A DNA stretch of 64,000 bases from assembly GCA_043228905.1 (NCBI GenBank), contig JBHGNT010000012.1, forward strand, positions 21,266,001-21,330,000, written 5' to 3'. A program made the position numbers and the translations under genes. The notes below the pieces were generated by a model, which ran no database searches, was not told where the DNA came from, and saw only the letters and a list, made by a program, of their open reading frames with translations. Below are positions 11,201 through 24,425 of the stretch, piece after piece. This DNA comes from Azolla caroliniana. Lineage: Eukaryota > Plantae > Polypodiophyta. Position 1 is the first letter of the stretch. Each line of letters begins with the position of its first letter.

Positions 11201-12891
11201 TTCTTGAAGATCAATCGGACAGTCGTAGAGCCGGTGTTCAAGCAAACGATCAGCATTACATTTTTCAAATACGTCGAAGAAGTGTTGGTATTTGTCGGGA
11301 ATAACATGGAGTGTGTTAGAAACGGCACCACAAACAAACCCATCCTGGACCGATGATGGGGTAGTCAAATCGGAATCGACCTTCTCCGAAGGATGGGAAA
11401 TTGAATTTACCTTCATACTTTTGCACGAGCATCCTGGCTTGCTAAATGTGATCGAGCGGTTGCACCAATCCACTATTGGATTGTGCGCCTCCAACCACGT
11501 TAGTCCTAAGACGTTCAGATGTCAAGGAGATGCGATGAGGTAAAAGGCGAGCTCCTCCTGGTGTGAGCCCACACAAAGCCCTAATGGGATTGTAGCTTGA
11601 GTAATTGCACCTGACAAGAGGACGCACCCGTCGATGGCTTCAATGGGAATGGGTTTTGAGAGGCCAACGACAAGTACGCCATGTGCTTGGGCAAACGCGA
11701 TGTCGATGAAGCAAGAAGATGCCCCAGAATCAAGTAAAGCAACAAACTGAATGGAACTAGAGTTAAATGAAAGCCATACCTCCAATGTGAAATTGCCTGA
11801 TGGTCCGGCAATGGAACCAAGAGAATGTGGGCGAGGGGAGATGTCCAGTTGCATGGCTCCTACTGCAACCGAACGATGTCATTTTCCAGATGGTGGGGTC
11901 CGTTAGCTCGATGGAATTGTGGGCGATTACTCCTAGGACAATGGCGAACAACATGATCGGAGGCGCCACAATACATGCACAAGCCATTAGCCCGCTGAAA
12001 TTGTCGTTCGGCATCTGTCAATGGCCGAAATCGGGCTTGATCAATTTCCATGGGGACAGGAGCATCTGCCAAAGTAGGGGAGTGTGACGCAGTCGGTGGG
12101 GGGTATGGTTGGGGTTGTATGATTGGGGCGTGTCGTGGAAGTGAATGAGGTGGAACCCAAGTACGGCGCTCTTTCTGGCGAAATTCGAATAGACGATTGT
12201 CACAATGGACTGCTTGTGAAATCGCTTGGGATAACGAGGTGGGCTCCGGAAAGTTTAAGAGAAGATTCTTGACATTGCTTCGAAGGCCACGCCGAAAGTG
12301 ATCAACTAAAGCTTGATCATCCCAAGTGACGTCGCATGCTAGTTGTCGAAATTCTCAAGCATAGATCGAAGCTGCACGCGAACCTTGTTCAAGTGCATAA
12401 ATCTTGTTAAGAGTTGTACGTCGTCGGTCCGTCTCTCCAAATATGGCCTCTAACTCGGCGATGAAGGTGGGAAAGTCCTCCAATAGAGGTGAAGAGGTTT
12501 CTACCAATGGTGCAAACCAAGCTTGGGTCAGACCGGAGAGAAGGGTGCCCACAAGGCCGACTTGTCGAAGACCATCTCCATAGCGTTGAGGTTGTAGCCG
12601 AATGATAAGTTGAACTTGGTTGATGAACCCTCGGAAACGCTACCTCGTTCCATCAAATTTTTCTGGGAGGCTAACCTTAGGCTCAAGAAAATGCGAGGAA
12701 GCTAGGCTAGATGTTGGTAGAAGCTCAGGCTCTAGGCTAGGTTGTTGTGGGAGACTAGGCTTCGGGGGTTGTGAGGATAGGGAGGCACTGACTTGAAGTT
12801 CTTGTAAAGAATTTCGAAGAGCTTCATTTTCAAGCTGGAGTTGTCGTAAGGCTACCATTATTTGGCCTAACTCACTAGTTGAGTCGGACAT
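8212..12891 (-). pseudogene. Frameshifted gag-pol of the chromovirus
   Basis: ORF pieces 12640-12891, 12355-12552, 11860-12072, 11522-11854, 10649-11494, 10040-10387 and 8212-10260 give the gag-PR-RT-RH-INT-CHD order. Confidence 0.9.
10551..10670. mobile_element. 120-bp palindromic LTR-derived insertion with 5-bp TSD, inside the RT gene
   Basis: TGTTA..TAACA ends. ACTAA at 10546-10550 and 10671-10675. 10559-10662 is a perfect 104-bp palindrome. Each arm matches the LTR end at about 30418-30477. Confidence 0.93.
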
Positions 12892-15007
12892 AGCTATGGC
12901 TTATGAGAGGGAGAGCTATGAGGATGGAAGGTGCACAAACTGTCACGGATAGATCATAAGCTCAAGAGACAAAAAAGAAGATAGACAAATGGATGAGTAG
13001 TATTAATGGAAAGACTCCATAACTGGTGTTGTTCACCTTGAATTCCTTCAAGGTGAACTCCTCTATTTATACTACATGGCATGCATACTTGTTGCACGCA
13101 TGTGAATCTACAATAGAGCATGTAGGTATGCATGCATGTGCCAAGTGTAAATACTGCAAGGGAGCAACTATGCACATGATGCTAGCAAAATAATAAGGAC
13201 CAATTACATACATAACTGTGTACTAGATATATTGGTTAACCCATGATACTATATTATAACATGGTCGTGTCAAGAGTTTGAATCTTGACAGATGCAAGAT
13301 ATGGAAATTTGGTTTGGAAGATGGGACACAATACACTTGCTTCATGATGCATCAATAGTCTCCTCTATGAATGAGGCCTTTTGCAATGCCAATGTATCAT
13401 GACATGGAAAAGATGTGGAGGTTCATGCTTCACACATTATTCTACATATTTTGCACCTAACTACAAAACAATATTCTTCACTAAATGGGGAAACCGCATA
13501 GGTCAATACATCTTGTTGTCTTTCATGTGAACCATTGCTTCCATACTTGAGTTAGTTCACACTCACTTCCTCGTGAAATGGGATTATGTTGGGACACAAG
13601 TGATGAGACTAACAAAATATACACATTTTGCCCTAAACAAGTTCGAGAATCTATGTATCACACTTTGAAACAATGCTCTCTACCTTTGACCACATTCAAC
13701 TATGGTTTATACACATCTTCAATAAACTCAACCATTGCACGAATTTCTCTCACAATCATAGTGCGCACTCTCGATTGCAACATTCATCAGTGAAGTTCTT
13801 GAACATTAAGAGTCTCTAATCACTTTCACATGTATGACATGAGAAAATGTTATATCTTCTGGTCTCGTAGGTGATATTTCGCCTCCGAAGATGAAAATAA
13901 AATCCATCTATTTATCTACCTAAGATGGACAATGTTGAGCAATCTAAGATGTTATGTTGTCCACGTGGAGAAAGGAAAAACGACTTTCAGGAAAGATAGG
14001 TCAAGATTTTAGACTCCTCAAAGTTATAAAGAAGTGTGGGCAAAGGTTCAAGGAACTCCGAAGATGATAATAAAATCCATCTATTTATCCGATTTCGAAT
14101 TCCTTGCCCAGAGAGCCGATTGTTGGGATCTATGTCTCTAGCCCATCTGTCCAAGATCTTCTCATTCCACATGGTTAATGTCAAGCAAGTTTGCATATGT
14201 AAGGACCACCCGATCTCACATGGTTCCATTTCTCTAGTGTATTAATCAAGACAAGAAATTTGTTATCACATTTTTGTTTCCTGAAGTGTTGGATGAAGAA
14301 ATCCCACTTCTGACATATCAACATCCATCAAACCATTTGCATTTTATTTTTTGTGTGTACCATTTTAAAAATCTATCACCTCACAAACTTGGGTGAAAGC
14401 CTTGGAAGATTGTTGGGTCACATTGGCCCCTGTCGACACAAATACGTCCTCATCTTTTTGTCTCATCAGCTTTGATCTCATAATCTTGAAATCTGATCAA
14501 TATGGCTTGTTGAATTCCTGAAAAGAGAGCAATACAAACCCAGAAACAGGATTTCAGAAAGTTCATGAAGCTAGAGGAACACGGATGCCCACAGCTGAGA
14601 ACCTAAACCATGACACTTGCGACATTTTTAATTCTGCAATCACATTTCTCATCTAAATAATAGCAATAAATCGCATGCACAATCAAAACTTGAGTCTTTC
14701 TTCTTCGTGCATTCATGTTTTTAAATGAATTGTATACAAGGGATTATATCCTAATGGCATCTTGACGCCCCAAAAAATATTAACCCTAAAATGTACTCAA
14801 TGAATTGTGCTCCCTCGATATTCGAGAGTTTATGAGCTCTTGTAAAAATAGCTCGCCTATGTTGGAGGTACATCATGGTGTTAGGAAAAGATTCAATGGA
14901 AGATTAGTTGATACTATTAGCTTCGTAATTGAAGCTAAATCATGCTGTCGACAAAACTGCTTCTATGGCAAGTGGTTTTCAAACGAAAGGTCTCTCTTGT
15001 CTTGTCA

Positions 15008-18000
15008 TCAATCGAATTGGCGTTTTCCGGCTTGAGCCCAATACTCCGCGACCAATTGCGCAAACAATGAGCTCTCATTGCGTTCGATCAACTCTTTCGG
15101 GGGAGCATACTCAACAAGAATGCCTATGATGAGAGAGAGCAGCAGCAGCAGCAGCAAGCAGCAAAAATGTTAAGGCTCCATGAGTAGAATAGCAAGAGTA
15201 TATGCAAAATGTAATTATCTTTTTCTTTTTTTTTAAATTGTGTGCAAGTCTATGAGATGTTTTACCATCGCGAAGAGCAAGGACCATGTCACTGTCAATG
15301 ACAGTCGGGATGCGGTGGGCAACAGTGATGACGGTGCACGCTGCAAACTCCTCTCGAATAACAGCCTGCAAGAGGGCATCAGTTGAGGCATCAATGGATG
15401 CAGTTGCCTCATCCAACACCAACACTTGGCTTCGTTTCAACAACACCCTCCCCAAACAGAAGAGTTGCCGTTGTCCCGCACTCCAATTCTCACCTTGATC
15501 TGTCACTGCATGCATGATGTTTAAGTTTTAGACATTGTTTCTATGAAGAGGGAGTCTATCATTTTTTGAGAAGCCTGGTTTGAAAATGCGAATATGAGAC
15601 CAGTTGATGGTAGCATTCTTTCTTTACTTAAAAGAGTTAGATGATATGAGACGCACCCATAAGAAAATATACCTGGAGATTCTAGTTGGAGAGGAAGCTG
15701 ACGAATCACATCACCCAATTGACATCTCCCCAATGTCTAATAAAAAAATGAAGTGTTTTATTTTTTCAGTAAATAACTCATATGTTATTTTCCTCAACAA
15801 ATAAGTGTTTGAAATGTGAATGTGTTATCTCATAGACCATCTCATGCAAATAAAAAAAGGCAGAAGAGATTTGCAAGCATGCATATCAAGAATCCAGTTC
15901 AGATGCTTTTATCTAAGATTTGTTTAATGGAATGCCATGTAGTCTTAAAGTTTGATATGCAAACGTTGCAAATCTCTTATTTTCATTTCTAATGTTGTTT
16001 GCTTTTGTTTATTGTTGTTTGAGATAGTTTCTGTAAAGGCATTATAGTTATTACCTCCCAAATATCAAGATCAGTAAACTGATTGAGAGGATCAAGATTG
16101 GTTCGCACCGTTCCTCGAAAAAGAACGGGTTCTTGGGGAATGATACAAAGCTTGAAACGGAGGTCATGGAGACCAATGGTGGTTATATCAATGCCATCCA
16201 CCAAGATTCGTCCTCCTGCTGGCTCAACTAATCTAAACAACGCACTGATAAGTGTAGTCTTACCACTTCCTGTTCGCCCCACGACTCCAACCTTGCGGCC
16301 ACCTTCAAATCGGCATGTTATATTCTTCAACACAATTGGTGAATTGGGTCGGTAGCGGATCTGCAGAAAACACACAAAGATTGAGAAAGAACAAAACACT
16401 GACGCGGTATATACTCTGGACTTCATACTATGTGATGTGCATATGTATAAGTGGCAAATGCCAAAATACCCCTCAATTGTTCGCTGTTGCCTGACTACCC
16501 CTATGTTTTCCAAAACCATCAGAATACTCTTTGTAATTCAAAATTTACTGCTACATGGGACCATTCTGGTATTTTTAGCAAACTTACAGGTGTTGTAAAT
16601 ATCCAACAATTTAGGGGTATTTTGGTGTTTTGCCATATGCATAACTGACATTATTACATGGTTAATTATAGCTATAGTATGGCTACACACACAAAGACTG
16701 GGAAATAAATATTGATGGGTTATATATTCTGACCTAATACACTATTGTGTGCAAGTGCATAGTTACATTATTAGAGATTAATATGGCTAGAGAGTAGGAC
16801 CAATAGCCATTAGATGGCCATTAGGTGCAATTGTTAACATGAAACTACCCCTACTTCATGTCCTTATATTTAGATTATCCAAATTTTGGCACCCTTCTTT
16901 AAAACCGAAATAAACCAATGGTGTGCTATATACTCCAAACACAACACATAGCTCTTAGGAGCTTATGCATAAATCCTTCATTACGCATTGATTAAGGTTA
17001 GACTAATCATCTTAGCTATTATATAGCCATTGAGGGTGATGCTAACAAGAATCCATCACCAAATTTGTGTCCTTACATATAGATGTTCCAGAACAATGGT
17101 GCCCTTATTCGGCCATTGGGCAGGAGGGCGATTCGTCTCGATTATTGCAGCTGCCTCACTCGGTAGACTCATGTATTGCTTTACCCTCTCAACTGCAATG
17201 ATGAATATGGCTAGAGTGCATTGTCTAAAAGAGAGATAGATCTGACAATTGTTGAGTGCCAGGGAATAGGTTATGGATAATCCAGCGAGACCTGCATATA
17301 AGGTATAACCATAAAATATCTATCAAATTTCACACATTGTATCTTTTTAAAACTAGACAAAACAAGAAGAAGGGAGATAAGTTTACCTGGAGAAATGCCA
17401 TTTTTGAGTAATACGAACAATGCAGCGCATGTGATAATGACAGTGCAGCTACTTTCGATACATAGAACAAGCCATTCTAATGCACCAAACTTGTAATAGT
17501 AAAGGCTGGCATCATCATCAATCAATTTGAGGTTCTTACGCTTGAATTCGTCAACCATATCAAATGCTCGGATGGTGGCAGCTCCACTGATGGTCTCTGC
17601 TGAGCTATTTACAATGGGGGCCTTAGTGGTGGCATTCAATCTCGACAACTCCCGAGATGGAGCTGCGTAAAAACTCTGAAGAAGAATATAAGCCCCAAGT
17701 TAATATTCGAACTTCAAGTAGGGTGACAGATACAGATGCATTTATACATACACATAACATACTTTTATTTTGCATTATTCATCACATGTATCCATATACA
17801 TTAAACAGTACGCATACACACAGACATGTGTAGAAAGAGATTTCTTTACGTAATACATTACATTAGTGATGGAAAACCTCCACGTGAGATGGAAAACCCT
17901 GCAAATTACTATCACAAGAAAACGGCCAGCAACTCACTGTGGCAGTATTAAGTCAAAAAATCTGAAGATGGCTTATACATACACATGCATACACGCCATA

Positions 18001-21000
18001 CATATGCAGGTACATATCATATGTGCCTGCATGTATACATACATATATAAAGATAGAGGCACATACTTCAGGATGTTTCCTTACGAATGCACCTATGGAA
18101 TTTACCTGTATGTATTGAATTAAGATAGTTGCTGGAATGGCAATAAGAAGGATTTCCCATGTTGCTATTGCAATGAGAACAATCATAGTCACCATATCAG
18201 CTGCCAAGGCCAGCACATTTCCAAATGTGAATGGTATATCAAGATCCACCATACTCATATCAACAGACACCTGCATCAATGGGTCAAAATTCAAAGTTAT
18301 TTTACACTGAAAATTAGCAATTGAAAGAGTTATTCCAAGGAAATGAAACTTACTCGACTAAGGATACGGCCGGATGGGGTGGAATCGAAAAATGACATAG
18401 GAGCCTTCATGATAGAACTAGAAACACCACGATAGAAGGAATCTGACGCTTGAAGTCCCAACTTCACCACCATGTTTGAACGGAAGTAGAAAAGAGCAAC
18501 AGCTAAGACTGAGGTTCCAGCATAGACACCGATTAGGAAACCTTTCGTTATCGTGGTATTTGTGAGCTGTGTTGCCAACCATACATTTCCAAAGAGCTGT
18601 ATCAGAGAAAAGACGATTTGTCCAATTAATGTGGCTACTGTAACTAGCCATCCTTTTGAAACATTGACATAATCGAGATAGGGGCGCAAAGCACTAGCCG
18701 ATGTTTCTCTTTGCTCTTCTTGTATGAGCTGATCGTGCACAGGCTGATCCTCAGTCAAACTTGTCTTCTTAGAGAGGAGCTGCTCTTTGCTTAATGGCCT
18801 GACATTGATTGGCTTTTGTTGGGCAGGCGTTGACCTCTTTTCATGCACATTAGCATGGCCATTTTGCACATGGCCGTTTTCATCAGATACTGAATGCAAT
18901 GCTTGTTGATGGGCAATAACCAACTTGTGGAATGTATCATTGCATTGCATAAGATCATCATAACACCCATTCTCTCGGATTTCTCCGTCGTCAAAGACCT
19001 ATAAGGGTGCATGCAAGTACCGCGACTATGATTATGATAAGGCCATCATGACGGTGTAAAAAAATGTAAGAATGGCATCATCTTAGGGAGATCTACCAAG
19101 ATGATATCGACAGCTGGAAGAAATTCCACTTGATGAGTTACAAGCACTACTGTTTTCTCACGCAGAGCTCCCATCACACATCCCTGAGAAAAAACCCATC
19201 ACATTGGTTTTGGTTTATCATTGATAGATATCATTAAAAAGACAAGCGGAGGCTCATGCATGGCATGATACTATGGCATACATGTATGTAACTATGGATT
19301 ATGGCTAGCATTAAAGTTAAAAGGCTTAGGCCCAACCGACAAATGGAATGGCCGCCACGAGTCTGGAACAAATATGGTCTAGTAAAGGCTTAGGTTTTCA
19401 GTGTATGAAGGATTTAAACCTACCATGTGCACTTATTCTTCTTCTCTCCTGCTCGTAAGGTAAGATTTGCAGGTTCACACATTATTTTCTTTCCATAACT
19501 AGCTTTCCAATCTCTCACTTCATTCGACAAGGAGCGAATTGGCAAGTGTGAATAAAAACACATTCTGTGGAGGGATCCATCCTCATCGAAGGTGGCATTG
19601 CCTGGCTATGTTTTGAAAAATGCATGATCTACATCCATGCTTTATGTCCCCCAATTTCTCTTATTTGTTGTACACTATTAACTAATTATTACAGTCTAGC
19701 TTGTTTAATTTGCAAGATTAGGATTGACCCTTGTTTTGTGGAGTTATCACACAACACCCTTATTGATTCTTCAAGCCAAGAGTGGTCTGTCTCTATATGT
19801 ATTTCCAGCAATTTGCGTACCTCAAATAGTGTTGCTGCGGTTTGGGCATCAACTGCACTGAATGGATCATCCAATAAGTACAAATCAGCATCATTATATA
19901 CAGCCCGTGCCAGTTGAATTCGTTGCTTTTGTCCTCCACTCATGTTGATCCCCCTTTCCCCAATCTCTGTGAGGTCTCCATGGCTGAAGTTCTTTATGTC
20001 TTGCTCAAGAGCACATGCCTTTATAGCTTTCTTGTATTTCACCTCATCATATGGCAAGCCAAACAGAATGTTGTCTCTCACGCTTCCTGTTTGAATCCAT
20101 GCAGTTTGTGCAACATAGGCTATTCTTCCTGACAATTCCAACTGCAACGAGAAGATATGTTAGAGAGATCATTTCCAACGGTATCATTGATACAAAGCAT
20201 GGAGCTTGGGGAATTCACTCAGACACTATGTAATGACAACATGCCAGTTCATCACAGACAGGAATTTTAAGCGTTTGTTTACATTGTATCCACATTGAGT
20301 GCTTCATGTGCATCGAGAAGGTGTACAATTTAGAGGGGATGTTACATTCATTGAATAGGAAAAGGGTGCATTCTAATTTTACAAAATGTAGGGACAACAC
20401 ATTTTTTTAAATTAGGCTTTGAATGCACATGATATAGAGGTTTACATATAGCTCAACCAGAGGTCAGCAATTTACCTTCCCTGATAGCTTGGGAATCTCA
20501 CCAAGAAGAGCTTGGAGCAACGTGGATTTGCCAGAGCCAATAGTTCCACATACCGCAACCTTCTGTCCTCGCTTAATGACGATATTGATGTCTCGGAGTG
20601 AAGGTTTCAACGCATGAGGATCCCAGCTCAAGTAAGCACTATCAACAATGACTGCATACTCCGATTGGCCGGATCTATTGCGTTTCACAATACTATCTGA
20701 GAGTTCATCCTCCTCCAAGAAGGCATTGAGCCTTTGTAAAGAGACATTAGCTTGGATAAAAGTAGATAGCACATCCGGTACACTCCGGATGGGATCTTGA
20801 ATGATCCGGAAAGTCGCAAGAACGGTGAAAACCAACGTATAGGTTAGCTCCATTTCGAGCAGAATGCAAGTTGCCAAAACAAAAGAAGTGACAATAGTGG
20901 GCATAGACCAATAGATGACGGTAGCATAGTTCCGTTTGCGTTGAGTCTCGTGGAGCCACTTGCACTCCAGATCTCGCATCTTTTGAAGAAATGCGGCAAA

Positions 21001-21921
21001 TTTCTCCTCCCAAGCTTGAAGTTTGATGACTTTCATACCACCGAGGATCTCGGTAGTGGAGCGTAATCTCTCGTCCTGAGCGATCATGAACTCTCCTTGA
21101 GATTTTTGCATGTAAAACATGAGTGGGGTAATAAGAGCAACAAAGAGGAGAACTAAGATAAGCCCAGGGATGGCAGCCAATCCAGCAACTGTGAAGAGGA
21201 CACATAAAGCACCGATTGTCACAAAGGGTATGACCCAAGCCCAATGTAGATGCCACGCGACTTCACAAAGGCGGTAAGCATCGACAGAGATATAGTTGAC
21301 TATCTCTCCAGCAGCATGCCGCCTTCTCCCGAGGCTCGATAACCGTAGCTCCTTCTCATACAGGGCCGCTGTCACTGCTGATTGCATGTTCATACCTAGC
21401 TTTCTAACCCCAAAGAACCAATGCCTCTGGCTAAAATTCTCCATTAGCTTAATCAAACAAACGCCCACAACCAGAAAGATACCTTCATGTTCGATAACCT
21501 GGTTACCTGACGTGTAATCGACGAAGAAGTACAGGAAGATGGGTCCCAAAATGAGACCAATGGCTTTCAATAAGGCTAGAATGCCCGTATACAGTATGTC
21601 TTTCCACAGACATTTTACTAGGGCTCTAATTATGGAGTGAGACCCACTTGGTTGAGCTCTCCAAGCTTCTTGGAATTTCGACACAAGCATTGAGGATTGA
21701 TGCCAGGGTGGGATGGGCGGGACATCTGAGGTCTCCAAGGTCTTCAAATTGCCCAATTTGAGCAGTGGTAGCGTCCAGTGAAATGTGAGGATGCTAAAGA
21801 AGCTAGCCTTTGTGTAGTCGACAGCTGCAGGGAGGTTAGGGTTAGGGTTAGGGTTAGGGTTAGGGTGAGGCGAAGGGAGAAGAGGATCTGTTAGGGTAGA
21901 GGAGGCAGGGGAAGGAGCCAT
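15008..21921 (-). CDS. ABC transporter C family (MRP), ABCC8-like, 11 exons, 1297 aa predicted
   Basis: Exons 21921-20476, 20141-19821, 19183-19097, 18998-18354, 18270-18106, 17675-17387, 17291-17077, 16360-16055, 15736-15673, 15505-15266 and 15123-15008. All introns are GT-AG and the phases join to 3894 nt. Walker A GTIGSGKS and GRTGSGKT, signatures [16 protein letters not shown] and [13 protein letters not shown], Walker B LLDD and VLDE. Confidence 0.95.
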
Positions 21922-22148
21922 GGTGCAGGAGAAGAAGAAGAAGAAGAAGAAGATAAGGTATCAGTGGAAGAGAGTGTGGTAATGTAGTTGTTATAAGAAG
22001 ACAGGCAGCAGCAATTGATTGAAGAGAGAGAGACACAGAGAGAGACACAGAGAGAGACACAGAGAGAGAGAGAGAGAGAGAGACACACAGAGAGAGAGGC
22101 TCTGTGGTCATGGAGTTCTCGTGTGGCCCAACTGTAGTACTGTAAATC

Positions 22149-22432
22149 AGCTTTTTTCACCAAATGGAGAAGAGAGAGATGGACAGTAGAGAGAGAGAGA
22201 GAGAGCTTTTTTCACCAGATGGAGAAGAGAGAGATGGACAGTAGAGAGAGAGAGAGAGAGCTTTTTTTCACCAGATGGAGAAGAGAGAGATGGACAGTAG
22301 AGAGAGAGAGAGAGAGAGCCCATGAGGTGAGCCAAACCTAATTACAGAAATAGCCCCTCATGTTTACATAATTACACAAATACCCTCCATTATCTAACAC
22401 AAGTTTTAATGCATTCTAGCACTACATTATAC

Positions 22433-22474
<42 letters not shown>

Positions 22475-22611
22475 CCTCCTAATGCAAGAACAGAGAGCCC
22501 ATGAGGTGAGCCAAACCTAATTACAGAAATAGCCCCTCATGTTTACATAATTACACAAATACCCTCCATTATCTAACACAAGTTTTAATGCATTCTAGCA
22601 CTACATTATAC

Positions 22612-22671
<60 letters not shown>

Positions 22672-22685
22672 CCTCCTAATGCAAT
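22149..22685. repeat. Tandem duplications upstream of the ABCC gene: 3 x about 55-bp GA-rich unit and 2 x about 180-bp unit ending in (GT)n
   Basis: agctttttcacca(a/g)atggagaagagagagatggacagta(ga)n occurs three times. agagagcccatgaggtgagcc...(gt)n agatatcctcctaatgcaa occurs twice (about 22313 and 22492). Confidence 0.9.
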
Positions 22686-22989
22686 ATACGCCACTGTGGA
22701 ATGTAGGGGGTTGAACCCACGACATTACCTCCTCGTCTCCATTTCACCATTGTGGAATGTAGGGGATTGAACCAACTGAGTTTCAAGACCAATTTTCTCG
22801 GCTATTACTCTATACATCTCTCTTTCTCTCTCTCTCTCTTTATCGTAATTAGAGTTATACCCTATTGGTAAGTTGTTACACTACAAGTCACTATATCTTA
22901 GGTTTAAAACCCAATTTTACTCACCCCTCTATTATATACTAGATAATAATATGGTCTCCATTGGGCAACCTTACCAACTGAGCTACATA

Positions 22990-23031
<42 letters not shown>

Positions 23032-23039
23032 GCTTAAGC

Positions 23040-23765
23040 TTTATTTTGTTTTGTTTTGTTTTGTTTTGTTTTTCTTTTTACTTTCGATGAATGGGTAAAT
23101 ACCCCATTTTTGTTGTAAACCAATTGTCTCATGGGCCAAATTTGGCCTTAGAAGACGTTAATATTTCTTTCTTTCTCTCTCTATTAGCGAAAACACACAA
23201 TTATATTAATAAATGTGTGTGGAAAACACTACTTACAATGGGGTGTCACAATAGAGTGTGGTCACCCACTAACTACATGCCATGTAGTGGGAACATGTTC
23301 AAATGGAAATAGGCAATATGAATACTCCACAGGGAACGGAATTTGCACGCGCTCCAATAAATAAATTTGTCACATTAGTACTCCTTTCAACTTTCGTAGA
23401 TATGCTTTTGCACCATGTCTACCATCAAATAAAAAAACATTGCACATATCCCAATTATGATGCAATCCCCAATACCGCAGAAATAGGAAAACAATCTCCA
23501 TCTCTGATTTTGGGTCAACCTATGTAACTTATGTAGAAATAACCATTGTGTAGGGGTCAAATAACATCATGATAAAACTCGACCAAATGTGAGAAATTTA
23601 ACTCCAAATCAGACAAGCAAATGAACATTGTATAAAATGATGAGTACAATATTCCATTTGAACAATGCAAAAGAAGCAATTGCCCATTCATAGCCCACAA
23701 CGCTCTAGAGTTAATCCCAAAGGCAATCCCCCAATCAAAACTCTCCAAATGAAGACCTTTGGTAC
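23040..23765 (-). mobile_element. 3' end of an L1-type LINE (zf-RVT region, 3' UTR, (AAAAC)n tail)
   Basis: Minus strand reads PKVFIWRVLIGGLPLG...CFFCIVQMEYCTHHFIQCSFACLIW. A-rich tail at about 23040-23080. Confidence 0.75.
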
Positions 23766-23912
23766 AAGTGGCAATGTTGCCCCTTGCATATAATCCTAGT
23801 TTGCATGCTCTCTAGAATTATATTTCATTCTAATTTGGTCTCCTATCGATTAAAAACATGTTGCTTTGAATTTGTGCATGTCTTCTATTGACACCTGATT
23901 TCCTTGCATCAA

Positions 23913-24425
23913 ATCTTGTTGTTTCATGTGGTATGTTGAGCTCGATTTCCCTTGTGGTACGAACACAATTCCACATCGATCAAGCTTCTTATGGACAAAA
24001 TATTCATGACATGAGTACGCATATAGAAATTGTCGTCCATGCATCTAAAATCTCCCAAATACATGGAACGATTTTGGAGTTAAATGTCAAGTATTGGAAT
24101 ATGCTACCTCTCTAGCTTGTAGGCATAGTTATATTGTCGAAAGGTTAGTATTTGTAACACATGTTTTTTCTTGTTGTTTTCGTGGTATGTTGAACTCAAT
24201 TTCCCTTGCAATACAAACATGATTCCGCATCAATTGAGTTTCTTGTGGACAAAATATTCACGAAACATGTACACATTTAGAACTTGGCATCCATGCATCT
24301 AAAGTTTGCTATATAAGGGAATGATTTTGGAGTTAAATGTCAGGTATTGGAATACACGACCTCTCTAGCTTGTAGGCATAGTTATCGTGTCTGAAGGCTA
24401 GTATTTGTAACACATGTTTTTTTTG
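23913..24425. repeat. Diverged tandem duplication of about 255 bp
   Basis: tcttgttgttt..gtggtatgttga..ggacaaaatattca..ctctctagcttgtaggcatagtta..tagtatttgtaacacatgtttttt occurs twice. Confidence 0.8.

Larger units (their letters stand above)
7902..13290 (-). mobile_element. Full-length but disrupted chromodomain Ty3/Gypsy LTR retrotransposon (Tcn1/Tf1-sushi-like chromovirus)
   Basis: LTRs 7902-8248 and 12941-13290 (TGTCA..TGACA, a few substitutions and indels). TSD GATGT/GATGC. PPT next to 8249. gag (LPEKFDGTR, CMYCGASDHVVRHC), protease LLDSGA, RT YLDDILI, RNase H, integrase and chromodomain (YEVDQILDSR..YLVLWRGY..ATWEP). Confidence 0.95.

Noticed and set aside
22695-22780. Two B-box-like GGTTCAA motifs on the minus strand upstream of ABCC (possible SINE)
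   Set aside because: Too degenerate; no convincing A box, tail or TSD.
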